Assembly (NCBI GenBank): GCA_026914245.1
Contig: CP110440.1
Coordinates: 2,790,001 to 2,854,000 of the forward strand
Direction of reading: 5' to 3'
Source: Puccinia triticina
Taxonomy: Eukaryota
Length of the DNA stretch: 64,000 nucleotides
Shown: positions 26,441 through 39,997 of the stretch, in pieces
How the letters are laid out: each line of letters begins with the position of its first letter
How positions within the stretch are numbered: position 1 is the first letter of the stretch
Notes under the pieces: generated by a model
Databases searched by the model: none
The model's input: only the letters and a program-made list of their open reading frames with translations
Told to the model about the DNA's origin: nothing
Program-made: the position numbers and the translations under genes

Positions 26441-27959
26441 CCTCCCAGAGTATCACTACAATCCATCCAAAGTTTTAGCCATGTGTAATAGAAACAAATG
26501 AAAAAGAAATGGCAGCTTTTTGGTGTGTGCCCTGAAAATAAATAAAAAAACTGTTTCAGAGAAACCTACTGGGTATGGGTTTCCAAAGAGGTCAAAAGTC
26601 ATGATAATCAAAATATGAGGAACCTTGGTCAAGCTTGAGGATCAAGTAAACCTCATCATTAAATTGGCCTTGTTTTCAGCATAGGTATGGCATACATTTA
26701 CACAGACTTTGCACCACACATTTGGTATGATTCCAGTTCTTATAAACTTACTTTGTGGCAGACATGAAATTGCCTTCCAACCAGCCTCTAACGGAGATCC
26801 AACCAAATCTATGACTGAATTCAGAGATGCCACTTGCACACAAGTGCCGAGAAAACTCCCATGGTGTGTTATTTGTTCATTTCTTTTTCTTCTTTTTGTT
26901 CTCATACACCCAGTGTATCACTTAGAACAATTGTACTTTCCGCCTTACCTTTGCCCTTAAGGTACATATTGTTCTGCATGAATTCTCCTGTTTTTCTCTC
27001 TGCTCTCATGAAGTTCACCATGAGCTGACTAAAAGAAATTTACCCTTAAGTCTTTTCATTCTCACATTTTTTTCATCAAACTATGTATTCAGCATTTTGG
27101 GAACCCATCCCCCTCATGCCAAAAATAAAAAAACTTTGAGGTATTTGGCTGCTACTTGCAAAGCCATGGCTTTTTCCAACCTTTCTGACCCTTCTCTCAA
27201 TGGCCACACTTCCTCTGATCATCCAAAAACTGACTTGATTCCAATCACCATCCCTCAACCCATTGTATACATACAGTGAATTCCTACAATCATCATATCA
27301 AACAAGGACTCCTCCAATAATCACACACTGAGAAAAAGGGATGGTTGGTGGGTAGAAATGTCCACTGTCCTCTTTCTTCAAGAACATATGTGTCCGGGCT
27401 GAGTGATTATTGGTGACTTGGCTCCACACCGTTACTATCCGCTAGCCTTCAGCACTCCTCAATGAGCCTGATCTATAGCTTAATAATCGGCAGATGAATA
27501 AAGTCCTGCACTCCGCAGGCACAGAATCCACAAGAAATCCTGTAAGTAAAGCTAAGTTCACGTAAAACTCTTCCAATACTCTTGTACGTTTGTAAGTTTC
27601 AATACAATAATGAGTAGTAAGTAAGATGATAGAAAAGAAGAGAGAAGAGAAACCATGAACCTCCACCCCCGTATTTCCCTCCACGCACATTGCTGTTCCC
27701 ACCCAATCCCGCAGATCAAACACTTTCCTGCACTAGTCCTTCAGCTCCGCCTGCTTTCCCACATGTCATTGCCCCAGACTCCGCTCCTCTCTGACCCTTG
27801 ACCTCCCACGCCTTCTGTCTAGCCCCCTTAAATCAGTCTCTCACCACGGCCTCCGCCCCAGTTCCCCCTGCTTTGGCTGATGTGGATCACCTGCCAACAC
27901 ACCGCTTCTACCAGTCCACAAGTGTAGTACACCACAGTCCAGCCCTGTCTTTCCTCTCC

Positions 27960-28175
27960 TGTCAGCCTTAGAGTCAGTATAGCTGACCTCAAGTCTGCCT
28001 TTTTACATACGATTTACCTGATATCTTTTCCATATTAAGAGATATCCTTGTTTTGACTTCATATTCTGTTTCCTCATGCAATTTTAACCCTAGTTACAAC
28101 TTACCAGTTCTTTGTAAATCTCCTCCTTCCCTGAGTTCTTGAGTTGTGACGCGCATGTGCAGTTGTGACATGTAG
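27960..28175 (+). repeat. 5' fragment of a diverged member of the solo-LTR family
   Basis: Begins tgtcagccttagagtca..agctgacct and matches 5989-6210 through gcagttgtgac. Confidence 0.8.
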
Positions 28176-28858
28176 TAAATATTTGGAGTGCATAAAGCCA
28201 GCCCCCCCCAAAAAAAACCATGAACCAAGTGCCCATATGTAAACAACAGGAACCCAAAAATAAACAACTAAGATGGAAACTAAAAGCACAAACAACCAAC
28301 TTGTTTTGATAAGACCTAAGGCTGCCCACTTATACATTTCTTCTGAAAGACTTTTGATCCCAAAAACATTGTCTTCTATCATCTCTTTTTACATTAGTGC
28401 TACTTGTGGAAAAAGTCTCAGCAGCTAAAAGCTAAATCCTCCCATTCCTCCCAAAAGGTGGCATAAGATTCTCCTAGCAGTCTTTGCTCCTCCAGTACAG
28501 CCCAACCAAATCATTGCAAGCTAAATCTTCCACAGACTTCAACCATTTGTGCTTCTGGCTAACCCTTCCTCCTCCTCTTTTTATTTGTCTCTACATGAAT
28601 TCCATAATCTTTGATTACTCAGATACTTGTAACCATTGTTGCCCCCTGAATACAAATTTTTCCTTCATGGATCCACCAATGGCCGGGCCAAATCAACTTG
28701 CTCTTCAGATACCCTTCCACCCCATCACCAGTCAAAAACATCATGAACCCAATTTGTCTGGCTGAATGTCCTGGAAGCTCTGCTCAATACCCATTTGACA
28801 TTGAAGGAGGTGTTTCTGGGTATATTTGTGAAAATCTTGGGTGTGAAACCCTTGATGG

Positions 28859-29586
28859 TAGAGATGGCTCCGTCACACCCGGGTACCCGCGCGGGTGCGG
28901 GCACTCGCGGCCTGTTTTGACTGGATCCTGACATCCGTACCCGCATCTGCACTTGTTGGGGGGTACCCGCCGGCCTGGGCGGGTACCCGCGCGGATACCC
29001 GCGGATACCCGCTCCTTGAAACTCATCTCAGCAACCAGGAGGTTAGCTTCTGTAACCTCGGCGACCAAGAGGTTGACTTCTGGTCGCCGAGGTAACCTCT
29101 GCGACCAGGAGGTTACCTGCTGGTCGCGCGCTGAGGTTATTTAACCTCTGCGACCAGGAACATTTCCTCTTGGTTGCAAAGGTTTTACAAACTTCGTGAC
29201 CAGGATAGTATCCTCCTGGTCGCCAAGGTTTTGTAACCTCTGCGACCGGGAGGATTTTTTCCTTCTGGTCGCCGAGATACAGCCCCGGTGAGCGGAAGGA
29301 ATCCCTCCTGGTCGATGAGGTTGTGTGTCCTTGGCAACCAGGTGGGTTTTTCTGGCTGCCAAGGCTGTAAAACCTTGGCAACCGGAAGGGATCAGGCTTT
29401 CCGGTTAAAGCGGTGGGCGGGTGCGGGCGGGTGTGGGTTGAATTATCCGGGTACCCGCCCACTTTTTCCCGGAATCTCAGAAATCCGCACCCGCACCCGC
29501 ACCCGCTGGCGGGTACCCGCCGGCTGTGTTGGGTACCCGCCAGCGGATAGCAGGTACCCGCAACGGGTTTGCCGGGGCCATCTCTA
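28859..29586. mobile_element. Non-autonomous hAT element/MITE (728 bp)
   Basis: TIR TAGAGATGGC/GCCATCTCTA, perfect 8-bp TSD CTTGATGG (28851-28858 and 29587-29594), and subterminal GGGTACCCG repeats. Confidence 0.92.
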
Positions 29587-29732
29587 CTTGATGGTTGCTT
29601 ACAGCACAGCGGATGTGGGGCTGGTCCATGAGATGGTGCCCAATGAACATTCCCTGTGCCCTTGGCCGCAAGGTGGAAAGAGCTGAGGATTCAAAAGCCA
29701 CCCACCACATGGCGCTTGGTCTCACTTCCAGA

Positions 29733-32700
29733 TAGGGTTGCTAATTGGGCTGGCCCAAACTGGCCCACACGGATTTTGCTTTGACCCAACAAGGTTTTGG
29801 GGCACATGGATTGGGCTAGGACCGGGGGATTCTTTGGAATGCCCCAATCATGAGCAGATGGGCTGGGTTGGGCCACATTTCAGTTTGGGTTGGAATTGGG
29901 TCAGGCCCAAGAACCGCATGGATCATAGGACACCGAGACTGTGACCAATACCATCCCACTTCAACCGACAACACCACATCCACTGCCAGATCAAACGGCG
30001 TGGGGCACAGTGTCGTTGGCTTCAGGCCAACTGTTTGCTTCTCCCATTGTTGATCTCACTCAGGTGCTCGCATCAATCACCATAACTTTTATTTCAGATA
30101 GATAAGTGAAACAAAATAGTAGGTGTAATAGTATGAGTAATTATAAAACTTCAATGCCATCTATGTGATTGTTGCGAATGTTTGTTGGATATCTCAACCA
30201 ATCTTGGGCACAGAGCAATGCCTCAACAATTGTTCTACTAAGTTGACTTCTGAATTCATCAAGAATCCGACCACCCGTTGAGAAAGCAGATTCCAAAGCT
30301 ACAGAGGTCATCGGTGCCATCAGCACTGTCCTGGCCAGTTTGGAGAGATGAGGTAGTTTGGCCTGGTTGGCTTTCCACCAGTCAAGGATTTTAAAGTGAT
30401 TTCCCTTGGGAACTATCACAATGGGTTGCCTGAGGTATAGATCAAGCTTGGCGTTCACAGACAAGGTGTGGCTGGTGCCTTTAGCGGAAGCCAGAAACGC
30501 ATGGAATCGGTTGTTGTTGTGATCATCATTGAGAGGGTTTTGCAAAGTCGCTGTATCCACAGCCTTCTCTAGGGAGTTCAATTTTTCATGCTTGGGTGTG
30601 TAGCCAGAAAAATAGTCGTACAAGCACCAGGAAAAAAAAATAGTCACTTGATGGCAAGTGACATGATGCAGCTTTGGTTTCTGCTCCAGAGCTACTCCAG
30701 CGCTGCTCCAAGTCTGCTCCACCAGCACTTGTAGAGCTTGCAGGACTGCACCAGAGTACTCAACGTGGCACAGTCAGCTGATCCTAATTTTTTCCTAGGA
30801 ACAGCTGATGCTCATCATAAGCTGAGCAGTAGGCATTGACTGAGCCTGGGCCAAAGCTGAGCATTGGCTGAGCCTGGGCCACAGCTGAGCATTGGATATT
30901 CCAAGCCTGATACAAATTCAAGTGTCAGCTGGACCAAGTATATTCCAAATCTGAGCATCAGCTTAGCCAACAATGGTCCAAGCTGAGCATCATCTTGGAA
31001 AAGGCTTGTGCAGAGCTTAGGATCAGCTGGGACAATAATGTTCCAAAGATTAGCACCAGCTGGGCCAAAAAATTTCAAAAGCTGAGCATTGGCTGAGCCA
31101 ATGCTGGTACAAAGCTGAGCATTGGTTGAGCCAGGGCTGTTCCAAAGCTGAGTATCAGATTTTTTGAGACTATTCAAAAGATTAATATCACCTGAGCCAA
31201 GGCTGTTCCACAGCTGAGCATCAGCTGATCCAAGGCTGTTCCACAGCTGAACATCAGCTGAGCCAAGGCTGGTCCACAGCTGAGCATCAGCTGAGCCAAG
31301 GCTGGTCCACAGCTGAGCATCAGCTGAGCCAAAGCTGGTCCACAGCTGAGCATTGTCTTAGCCAATGTTGGTCCACAGCTGAGCATCAGCTGAGCCAAAA
31401 CTGGTCCACAGATGAGCATAAGCTGTTACAGGAGTGGTCAGACTCAGAATCTGAGCATTGGCTGGGCCGAGATTTATCCAAAGCTGAAAATCAGCTGAGC
31501 CAATACTGGTCCAAAGCTGAGCATTGGCTGGGCCAATCATATTCCTAATCTGAGTCTAAGCTGAGCCATGACTGGAATAAAGCTGAAAATAAGCTGGGAC
31601 AGGACTGGTTCTGATCTGGGCAACAAAGCTGAGCATGAGCTGGGCACCAAAGCTAAGCATAAGCTGGGAGCTAAAGCTGAGTATCAGCTGACCAGAAATG
31701 GGGATCAGTGGTGCCCAGCAAAAACTGAGGATCTCCTGTGGAAATTATTAAACTGGTTAGATGGTGGGTAGATGGTGGGTAGATGATGGGTAGATGGTGG
31801 GTAGATGATGGGTAGCCCGCTGGAGCTGGGATGATGTCACTTGTCATCAAGTGACTATTCTTTTTTCCTGGTGGAGTTCTCTGATATGAGCTACTTGGAA
31901 TTTGCATGCCTCTTGACTGAGTTCAAGCTTGTTGGAAAAGTAAAAATAGAGGAAGTCAAGTTTGTAGCGCAGATCAAAAACTATTGCTAGGGAAGAAAAA
32001 GTTTGCAGGGGGTGCCAATACTTGTTGAACTTTGCAAGCATAGGTTTGGCAGCAAGTTCAATTGTTTGTATAACATTATCTCTTTGATCTTTAGTGATGT
32101 ATTTCTCCAGCTTCGTCATTATCTTGAAGACCAAGTTTGAGGTTGGGTACTGAGTACCAGAGAGATCGGCAGTAGCTTTGTCAGAAATAAGGAAGAGAAG
32201 AAGATTTAATATTTGATCTTTTTAATCTTTCTTTAATCTTGGCTGGAAGATATCTCACCCTTCTGAAAAATTCCCAAGAAGTCTTGCATATTTCTCAGTT
32301 GCACCCATTCAGCTGGCGTGGGATATGAATCATAGCCTGATTCAGTCATAGACAGCTTTTCAAATGCCAGCTTGAATGGCAAAGCCAAGTCAATCATGAA
32401 GAATGTTGAGTTCCATTGTGTAGCAACATCAAGTGTGGCTGTTTGTCCAAGATTATACCACAAGAGTCTACAGCTTCATTGAAGGCTTGTTTTCTAGCAG
32501 GAAAACTTCAAATGTACTTCACTGAGGCACGAAGCTTAGCTAGTCCCTCATCAACAGATTGGAGTCCATCGTTCACAACGAGGTTTATAATATGGCCAAC
32601 ACATCGGATATGGAAATAAGCTCCGTTAGCATCTAGTTGCAGAGGACATTGTTTGGAAACTAGCTTCTGGATCCTTTGGACCGCTGAGTTGTTGGTTGCA

Positions 32701-33720
32701 GCGTTGTCAAGAGTGATGAAGGTGCATTTCTCTTGCAGATTCCGCTTCAACATGGTTTCAATGATGCAATTGGCGATTGCAACCCCAGTGTCTGGTGAAT
32801 AAAGAGGTTTGAATCCCACAATTTGTTTCTTCAGCTCCCAGTTTTGATCAATGAGATGCACCGTGACCAACATTTATCCAGTCTGATCTCTTGAAGTCCA
32901 CAAATGAGTGTTCAATCCGACTCGACGAACGGCTGAGATTTCTTCCATTATCAAAAGATTCATTTGATTATATATATTCAAGCAATCATTGCGCACTGTC
33001 TGTTGGCTGATCAACTTGAAGTCAGGTTGTAAATAGGAGACAAACTTTCTAAAGAACTTGTGTTCCACAAGCCAGAAAGGATACTCGTGAACGATTATCA
33101 TTTGCGCCAAAAGTTTGCAAGACTTTTCTTGTGAGAAATCCCATTTTAAAGAGTAGACTCTCTGTGCAACTGAAAAGTTGGCGTTGGAGGTGACTCGTTC
33201 CTGCAGATGCACGCGCAGTAAAGCCTTTTTCACAGTTTTTACAGATGGCCTGTGCAAGCTCATCTAAACCTAGATGACAAAAGAAAGATACAGTATGTTC
33301 AATTTGCCATCAGCATACAATTAATGGATGATTAGAGGAAACCTGAATACCTTCAACAGTGAAGTGATCCCAAACTTTGCTGGTATGTTGGAGTCTCTTG
33401 GTGCTTTTGCCGGTGTTGTTTTCAATACAAGTTTTCTGAGGCTGAGCTGAAGACTGGGTGGGTGTAGGGGTTGGATTGGAACTTGTGATTGACTCCATGG
33501 TTTTTGAGGCTAGTGTTGAGAGGTTGAGAACCAGAAACGGTGACCAATGCCCACACAGTACACTGTGGGCTACAATGGGCTGCACAAGGCCTGGAACAAA
33601 CCTCAGGTGCCCATGGGCTGGCCCATTTCAGTGTGGGATACAAAAAAATCATACCCAGACCAGCCCCAGATATGCGGCGCGGGTTGCCCATGGGCCAGCC
33701 CAGCCCAATTAGCAACCCTA
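29733..33720 (-). mobile_element. Full-length hAT transposon with decayed transposase
   Basis: TIR TAGGGTTGCTAATTGGGCTGG / CCAGCCCAATTAGCAACCCTA and 8-bp TSD CTTCCAGA (29725-29732 and 33721-33728). Minus-strand motifs SKVWDHF (BED), ITLDNA, HIRCVGHIINL, DVATQWNSTF and LDWWK...ESAFSTGGRIL (dimerization domain). Confidence 0.95.
30625..31873. mobile_element. Non-autonomous CACTA-like element filled with tandem repeats, nested in the hAT transposase
   Basis: About 45-bp TIR CACCAGGAAAAAA..ATAGTCACTTGATG.CAAGTGACAT at both ends, possible 3-bp TSD AAG/GAG, and an internal 33-bp repeat (cagctgagcatcagctgagccaaggctggtcca). Confidence 0.75.
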
Positions 33721-35910
33721 CTTCCAGACATGCAGAGCTCAGCAGACCGGAAGCACTTCAACCAACTACCTGAACGATTGCCTGGGGAGAAGTTTTTGCA
33801 CTCAACACCATGACTGACCAATTGCAAGACCTTACCAACAATGTCAAACGCTTGGCTCAAGCAAGCTTGGACAAAACCCCAGAGATTGAAGACCAAATTT
33901 CCCAGCAAACTGGAAACAAGATCCTCACAACCAAGGGCTCAAAGGCAAAGAAACCCAAGACAACCCCCCCAAAGGATTGCATGACCCTGGCATCCTCCAA
34001 GACACCATTTGAAGCAAGTGCCCCCATGGGACAGGCCACACCAATGGAAGGCCCATTGGCCAGCAGCAGAGACACCACAACAGGTGATAACGCAAGTGAA
34101 ACCACAGCTGTGGAGCTCTAAAGAGGCTTCACAGGCAATGCAGGGAGGAAACAACCTAACAGTGTGGTATTTATTCCTGTGTATCTATACAGAGGAATAT
34201 AAAATTTTCCTTTTCTTCTTTATAAGTAAAAGAGATTGTAAAATTAACCATAGAAAGGGAATTTCCACACAAAATAACCCATAGTCACCCACTGGAATGA
34301 CCCCTCTACCTCCACCAGTTTAGGAGTTACACAGATTTCAACCTGTCATGGGGAATATTTCTCTTGCTTATTGTTCTTCAAGATCACTTTGTATTACATA
34401 TGCATAATGAATATGCATAATTTAGCATTTATTTAGGGGCAGGCTAAATCCACACAAAAAATTACTACATCCACTCCAAAAATGGAGTGAACAGTAGTCC
34501 ACTCCAACTTTCATTGGAGTGAACCATAGTCTACTCCAAATTTTGTTGGAGTGAACAAATTTACACTTCAAAAAAGCCTGTTTTTTGGAGTGGAACCATT
34601 ATGCACTCCAAAAATTTTGGAGTACACCCAATTCCACTCCAAAAATATTTTCTCCAAGGTAAAATGATTAATTTTTTTGGAGTGCACAGATTTTCACTCC
34701 AAATTTATTGGAGTGTTTTTCAACAGTATTGCAGTAAAAAAAGTTAGGGTTCTTAAAGAGGAATGAAAACTTATGTCAGCATCATATGTGTATTTAAAAT
34801 CCCACTTTCTTAAATCCACAAAAAGCTAGATCTGTAGATCTAAGTTTTGGGGTGTTTTGACTGCAGCACAAAAAAAAACAGCACACATTGAAATATCCCC
34901 GAAGGCCCTATGGATGACCCTCCAGCTGTGCCGCAGCAACGAGCAAAAGAGGGCCGGTTGTTAAATTGTCCAGGAAGGGCCTAATCAAGCAATTAGGGGG
35001 CTTCCAGGGAGGGGGTAGGACGGAACCGGATCCCCTGGGGGCAGATTACTCGGTCCCCCTCCACTTATATATCCACAGGTACTGCTGCTCATCACACCCA
35101 TGTGCCGCCCAGCAGCAAACCACCATCACCATTGCCAAGAATTGTGCCGTCCACAACCACTACCGTTGGCCCCACCTCTCACCCGTTGCCACCCCCACCG
35201 CTCGCCTCAACAAAGTAACCGTTACTTTAGAGCCGTCGCCACGCCACCATTGGCCTCAACGCATTAAATGTTCCTATACAGTGCCATCCCTAACATCACA
35301 TATCACACGTAGGCACATACCCTAACATTTTTGACCCTCGCCATACAAATGACAACTGACGACCGCCCTTGTGATTATTGAACTAACCATTAAAACATCT
35401 GATCGTAGCTGTTCAGACCCAACCAACCCCGTGCTCAAAGCTTCATTCTTACCCTGCGATATCCTACCACAACAGCTTTGTATTGTGGTTGTTGCGCCCA
35501 GCCATCCGTCAAGGCCAGCCCATACAATTACATACACCGGTCCAGTTCACCACGAAAGCCGTACAATCTGGCCTGGTCAAGGTATTATGATTGCTTGTGC
35601 CCCACCATTCAATGACGCTATCTCACACCACTATTGCTTGACCACAACCATACCACACGCTACCAATCCCGCTTGAACAAAACCTTACCAACCACTACCA
35701 CTCAGACCGGTCCAGCTGGCAATTGCAGCGCTCATTGCCTTGTACGCCTTTGACGCACAACTTGCTGTCACTCGTTGCCACCATCAACAGACGAGTATAA
35801 ATTACCCCAATACTTCAACCAGAATTCCAAGCATCACCTCTCACACCATCAACACCCATTCAATTCAGGCTACCCTACACATCCTCCCCATATACCGCAA
35901 CCGTTACAAC

Positions 35911-37116
35911 ATGTCTATGAACCGCACCCCGAATCACCCTGCTTTGATGACCGGGCTTTTTGAACCCCTTGGCGAAGTGAGACTCTCCTTCAATTAATCT
36001 ACCACGTTGCCCCCGCTGACCATCAATCATAGTCCATTCCCGAAGCCGTTAGGGCCAACCAGTATGGTAACGTCACTACTCTCAGCTCCTTACAGTGCGC
36101 TGGCGCACTCAACACCAAGTCTGAAGAGTTCAAAATCAAATTGAGCACCAATACGGCACTCAATAACGTTCTTGATCCCACGTACATCCACTATTTGACT
36201 GGCAAGTTTCTCCCGCTCAACGACGGGTTGACTCCAAAACTCACATACATTCAAGAAATCGCTGCACCCGTGATGCCCATTGCTAACAATACACTCAACT
36301 TCACCAACTGCGCGGCCATCAACTCTCTTGGTATGGTCACATCTCGCCAAGAAGTTGTGACCTCCAGCGGCAACGGGACCACCCATCTGGAAGTGATTGT
36401 TTCCCATAGCAATTGGGATCCTCAAGTAAGCCCTCATCCCCCAACGCGTGCACCACAACATTGACCCCTCGACAGGAGCGTGCGCACAAACGCTTTTCTA
36501 TCAAGTATATTGTCCCAGGTTCCAAGTTACAAGTCAAGACATTCAACCTCTTCATTGTTGGCCGTGAGGTGAAAATAGCGGGACGCTTGGTCGATTTCAA
36601 AATGGATACCAACATGGCCGTTGTTGTGGTTAGTGAATTCTCTTTAACTTTAGAGCTGGAAACTCATCTGTCTCCGCAGGTATCTCATGTTGCAGTCACC
36701 ACCAGTCATCAGATTGGGATGAGCTCATCTCTCCCTTCATCCAGTGGTACCACTTTAGTCGCCGTCAAGCCGGCATGCTCCCCGTGAGTTTCAATTACTA
36801 TTTTCGTGGTTCACAACCAAAACTAACATCTTATTCTTGCAGGACCAAATTCACACCTAAAGCTCCTGCCCCCGCCAAATCACCAACTCCGGGCCCATCA
36901 CACAAGTCCAACAGCTTGCCCACCCCGCTTGCGAGTAAAAATTTGAAAGGCAAAGGAAAGGCCCCCAACCCCTCGCCTGATCCCTCCAACAACGGCGCAA
37001 CTGCCTCCGAAGAAGAGTTTGAGGACGAAAGTGAGGAAGAAGTCATTCCCAAGCGCCGCAGACGTCCTCGTAAAGACATCCTCAAGGATGCCGCCAAGCG
37101 GATGAAGCGCTCCTGA
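35911..37116 (+). CDS. Helitron companion gene (copy B), intact 5-exon ORF, 329 aa; putative OB-fold ssDNA-binding protein with basic NLS-like tail
   Basis: Exons 35911-35976, 36033-36425, 36476-36628, 36680-36783 and 36843-37116 splice to 990 nt without an internal stop. Same intron phases as copy A. The fold is inferred only. Confidence 0.8.
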
Positions 37117-38513
37117 ATTGGGCTCGTCACGTTTTCTCATTCTCGCCTTCACTCCCCTCTTGCATCCTCCAACCAATTACTCTATCTGTTCTGTCACAGC
37201 CCCAGACTGTAAAAATAAACCCTTCTCGCTGCGCACATCAATTGTACATTGCACCGTATCAAACTTGCATTCTAATCATTGATCCTCCATTCTCATGTAA
37301 ACAACCCTGTCTTGCCTCTTTCATTACAACAATCTTGATACGAATACAAGCCCAATATTCCAGAAGGAGGGTTTCAACTGAACCCTCCTTAAACCTTCTG
37401 CCCTGCAATGGGTACCCAAGCATCCAACACAGCAAAAATTTGCAAAGCTGTCCTTTTCATAGTTTGTGCGGCGATTTCAATGAGAATGGTGTCAGCTGTG
37501 CCCATTACACCGCGCCAACGGGCACTGCAGCCAATAGACACTCAACCCAAGGCACATAAATGCTTGTGCCGTCCCGTCGACCCAGTAATCTGCCGCAATC
37601 CCCGAGATATCAAGGCTCTCCTCCGGGCTCTTCTCACCACACACCCACGTCGCCGAGGATTCCTGTTGAATCTCGCAGAGCCCAACACAAATGCCTGTTT
37701 GCAAGGCCCCAAACCTCAACATCTCTCATGGTTCTTGGTATCATCAACACGCCTGGGAAAGTTGTCACCACGACTGCCTCAAACACAGAGGCGCGAATCT
37801 GCGACTCGATTATGTTCAGCGTGCCCCATTGCCTCGGTCCATGCAATGTCCAGTGTACCCATTGTTGCGCGCTACACTTCCACGAGGAAGCAGCCGTTGC
37901 CCATGCTCCAAAGCCACATGTCGGTTTCTCGACCTGCCGCCAGAAAAACAAGGTTACTCTACCGTCATCAGCCCCTTCAGCACCACCATTTCCCCCCAAA
38001 CTGAGAGAATTATTTGACGGGACAAGCTCAGGTACAAGACCTCACAATGTTCATTGACACTAACTAACACATGAGTGTAGATTCAGGCAATTTCATTGAT
38101 CTTATCCGTATGTATAATAATGCTGTCTCGTTCACATCGATTGGGGCCAACATTGACACTTCTGTCCAAGGACTATTCGGAATCAATGTTTTTTGTATGT
38201 CGGGCGGACTCGTCCATTCAATTTCAAGTATCGAACCCATTGACAACAACAATCCTGGATTTTCGCAAATTTTTGTTGTGGGCAATCAAGGGACCAATGA
38301 AGCACAGCTCCGCATTGAGAAGGCGCAAGGAAGGGGAGGCAACGCAGGTCGCGGGCACGCCATGAAACTGTCCACGGTTCAGAAGCTCATGGACTTCCTT
38401 TATCACCATAACCCATACGCAATCGTATACATGAATGCCCAGGAAGTATTGCGCCGAACTGGTGCACTCACGTTTAAACTCCAAGGTGTCCCGCGCCCTG
38501 GCTGTGACCCTAA

Positions 38514-38878
38514 GAGCATCCGCATCCGTGGCTAGATTAGCCTGGGCTAACTAGCTCGGATTAAAATCGGAATAGGCTAATCCAATCGGCCATCCGCATG
38601 GGTGGGGATTAGCGGGTCCAAGGCTGTCGGAGGTTATGTGTTTAGGTGCCTATATGTTATGTGTTTGGCACATAAACACATAAAGTTCATGCTAACAAGC
38701 ATGATGAATATTCATTTTGGGATTAGTCCCAGGATTAGTGGGGGCTAGATTTATACCCCACTAGCTCCAAACGGAGCTCCGGGTTAAGTTGATCCCTAGT
38801 TGATCCAACCCAATGCGGGTTGCGGGGTCGAACTAAGTGCCCTAATCCGGGCTAACTCAGCGCCTGGTGCGGATGGTC
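38514..38878. mobile_element. PIF/Harbinger (Tourist-like) MITE in RepHel 2
   Basis: TIR GAGCATCCGCA / TGCGGATGGTC with TAA TSD (38511-38513 and 38879-38881). Removal restores CDPKRYNQPT. Confidence 0.88.
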
Positions 38879-39201
38879 TAAGCGCTACAATCAACCCACA
38901 ACGGACAAAGTTGCAGTAATTGTCAGGGGTGCCGGTGACATAATTAAAGAACAGCAGATCTTACTCCACTGCGCTGATGGGCAGTTGCAAGCAATTTCTG
39001 ATACTCACTCGTCCTATTTCCCTCTCCGCTATCCACTCTTTTTCCCTCTAGGAGAACAACAGTGGGATGATTTATATCAGGCTGTAACCGCCCGGGGTGA
39101 GTTTTCCCATTAACTATAAGATTTCCAATACTGACTTCCGCATAGTTAAAGGGCGAGTTGTTGGACCATTGGAATGGTTTTCATTCCTTCTATTTGAACG
39201 C

Positions 39202-39997
39202 TGTGGTGGACAGACCAGTACACGCGTGGGAATCAGTCTTTTTGCCGTGCATGGCGCGCGCCAGAGGACGTCAAGAACTCAAGACTTCAAGAGTCAGCTT
39301 TCAGCCCTCAAGGCCTTCTCAAGTTCAACGGCGTGGTGTGGCGCGCATCCTCAAGGTGTTTCAGGTTTTTTTTCTTTCCCCTTCTTTTCTCTTCTTTGTT
39401 GATGGTTCTGTTTTCCCTTCTTTTCTTTTCATCATGTTTGTTATTTTCTTCTTTCACACTGCGCGCGTTGGACAGGTTTGGATGAGGAGGGTTGGTCTTG
39501 GTTTTGTTGTGTTGTGTTTTGTGCTTTCTTTTGTTTCTTGTTGTGTTGTAGCGCGCGTGTGCGCGCTAGGTTGTGATGAGATGTCTGCTACATGTCACCA
39601 ACTCCACGGTTTGAGTTCAGTTCGAACTCCGGCTTTGGAGCGGCATGGACCCACTCTGAACCATATAATTTCAGTCAATCCATCAAAATTCAAAGTTCAC
39701 GTCTTGGCACTTGTCTGCCCGAATCCCACGTCTTCTAAGTTTGTTTACCCCGCAACGCCGATCTCTCCCATCCTTTGGTTTAGATCACAATCCCACCAGC
39801 AGTATCCCCGGCTCTCCTCTCAACAAAAACCGCCGACGCGCAACTCCAGCCGTCAGACAATCACCCCCCCCACGCTTACACGACTCTCAGCGCTCCTTTT
39901 CGGCCAATCATCCCGGAGGGCATACGCAAGCTACTCATTTCTTTTTCCATTCCCCTCCCCAAACTGCTGCCGGCCTAGCACCGGCCAGATTTCCTCA
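39202..39997. mobile_element. Solo LTR-like insertion (796 bp) in RepHel 2
   Basis: TG...CA termini with TSD ACGC. Removal restores LLFERPDHFSAILAGRALLQE. Confidence 0.8.

Noticed and set aside
30770..31700. Regular 33-bp repeats as a CRISPR array or repeat-protein gene
   Set aside because: The units are head-to-tail with no unique spacers, lie inside a TIR element in eukaryotic DNA, and there are no cas genes.
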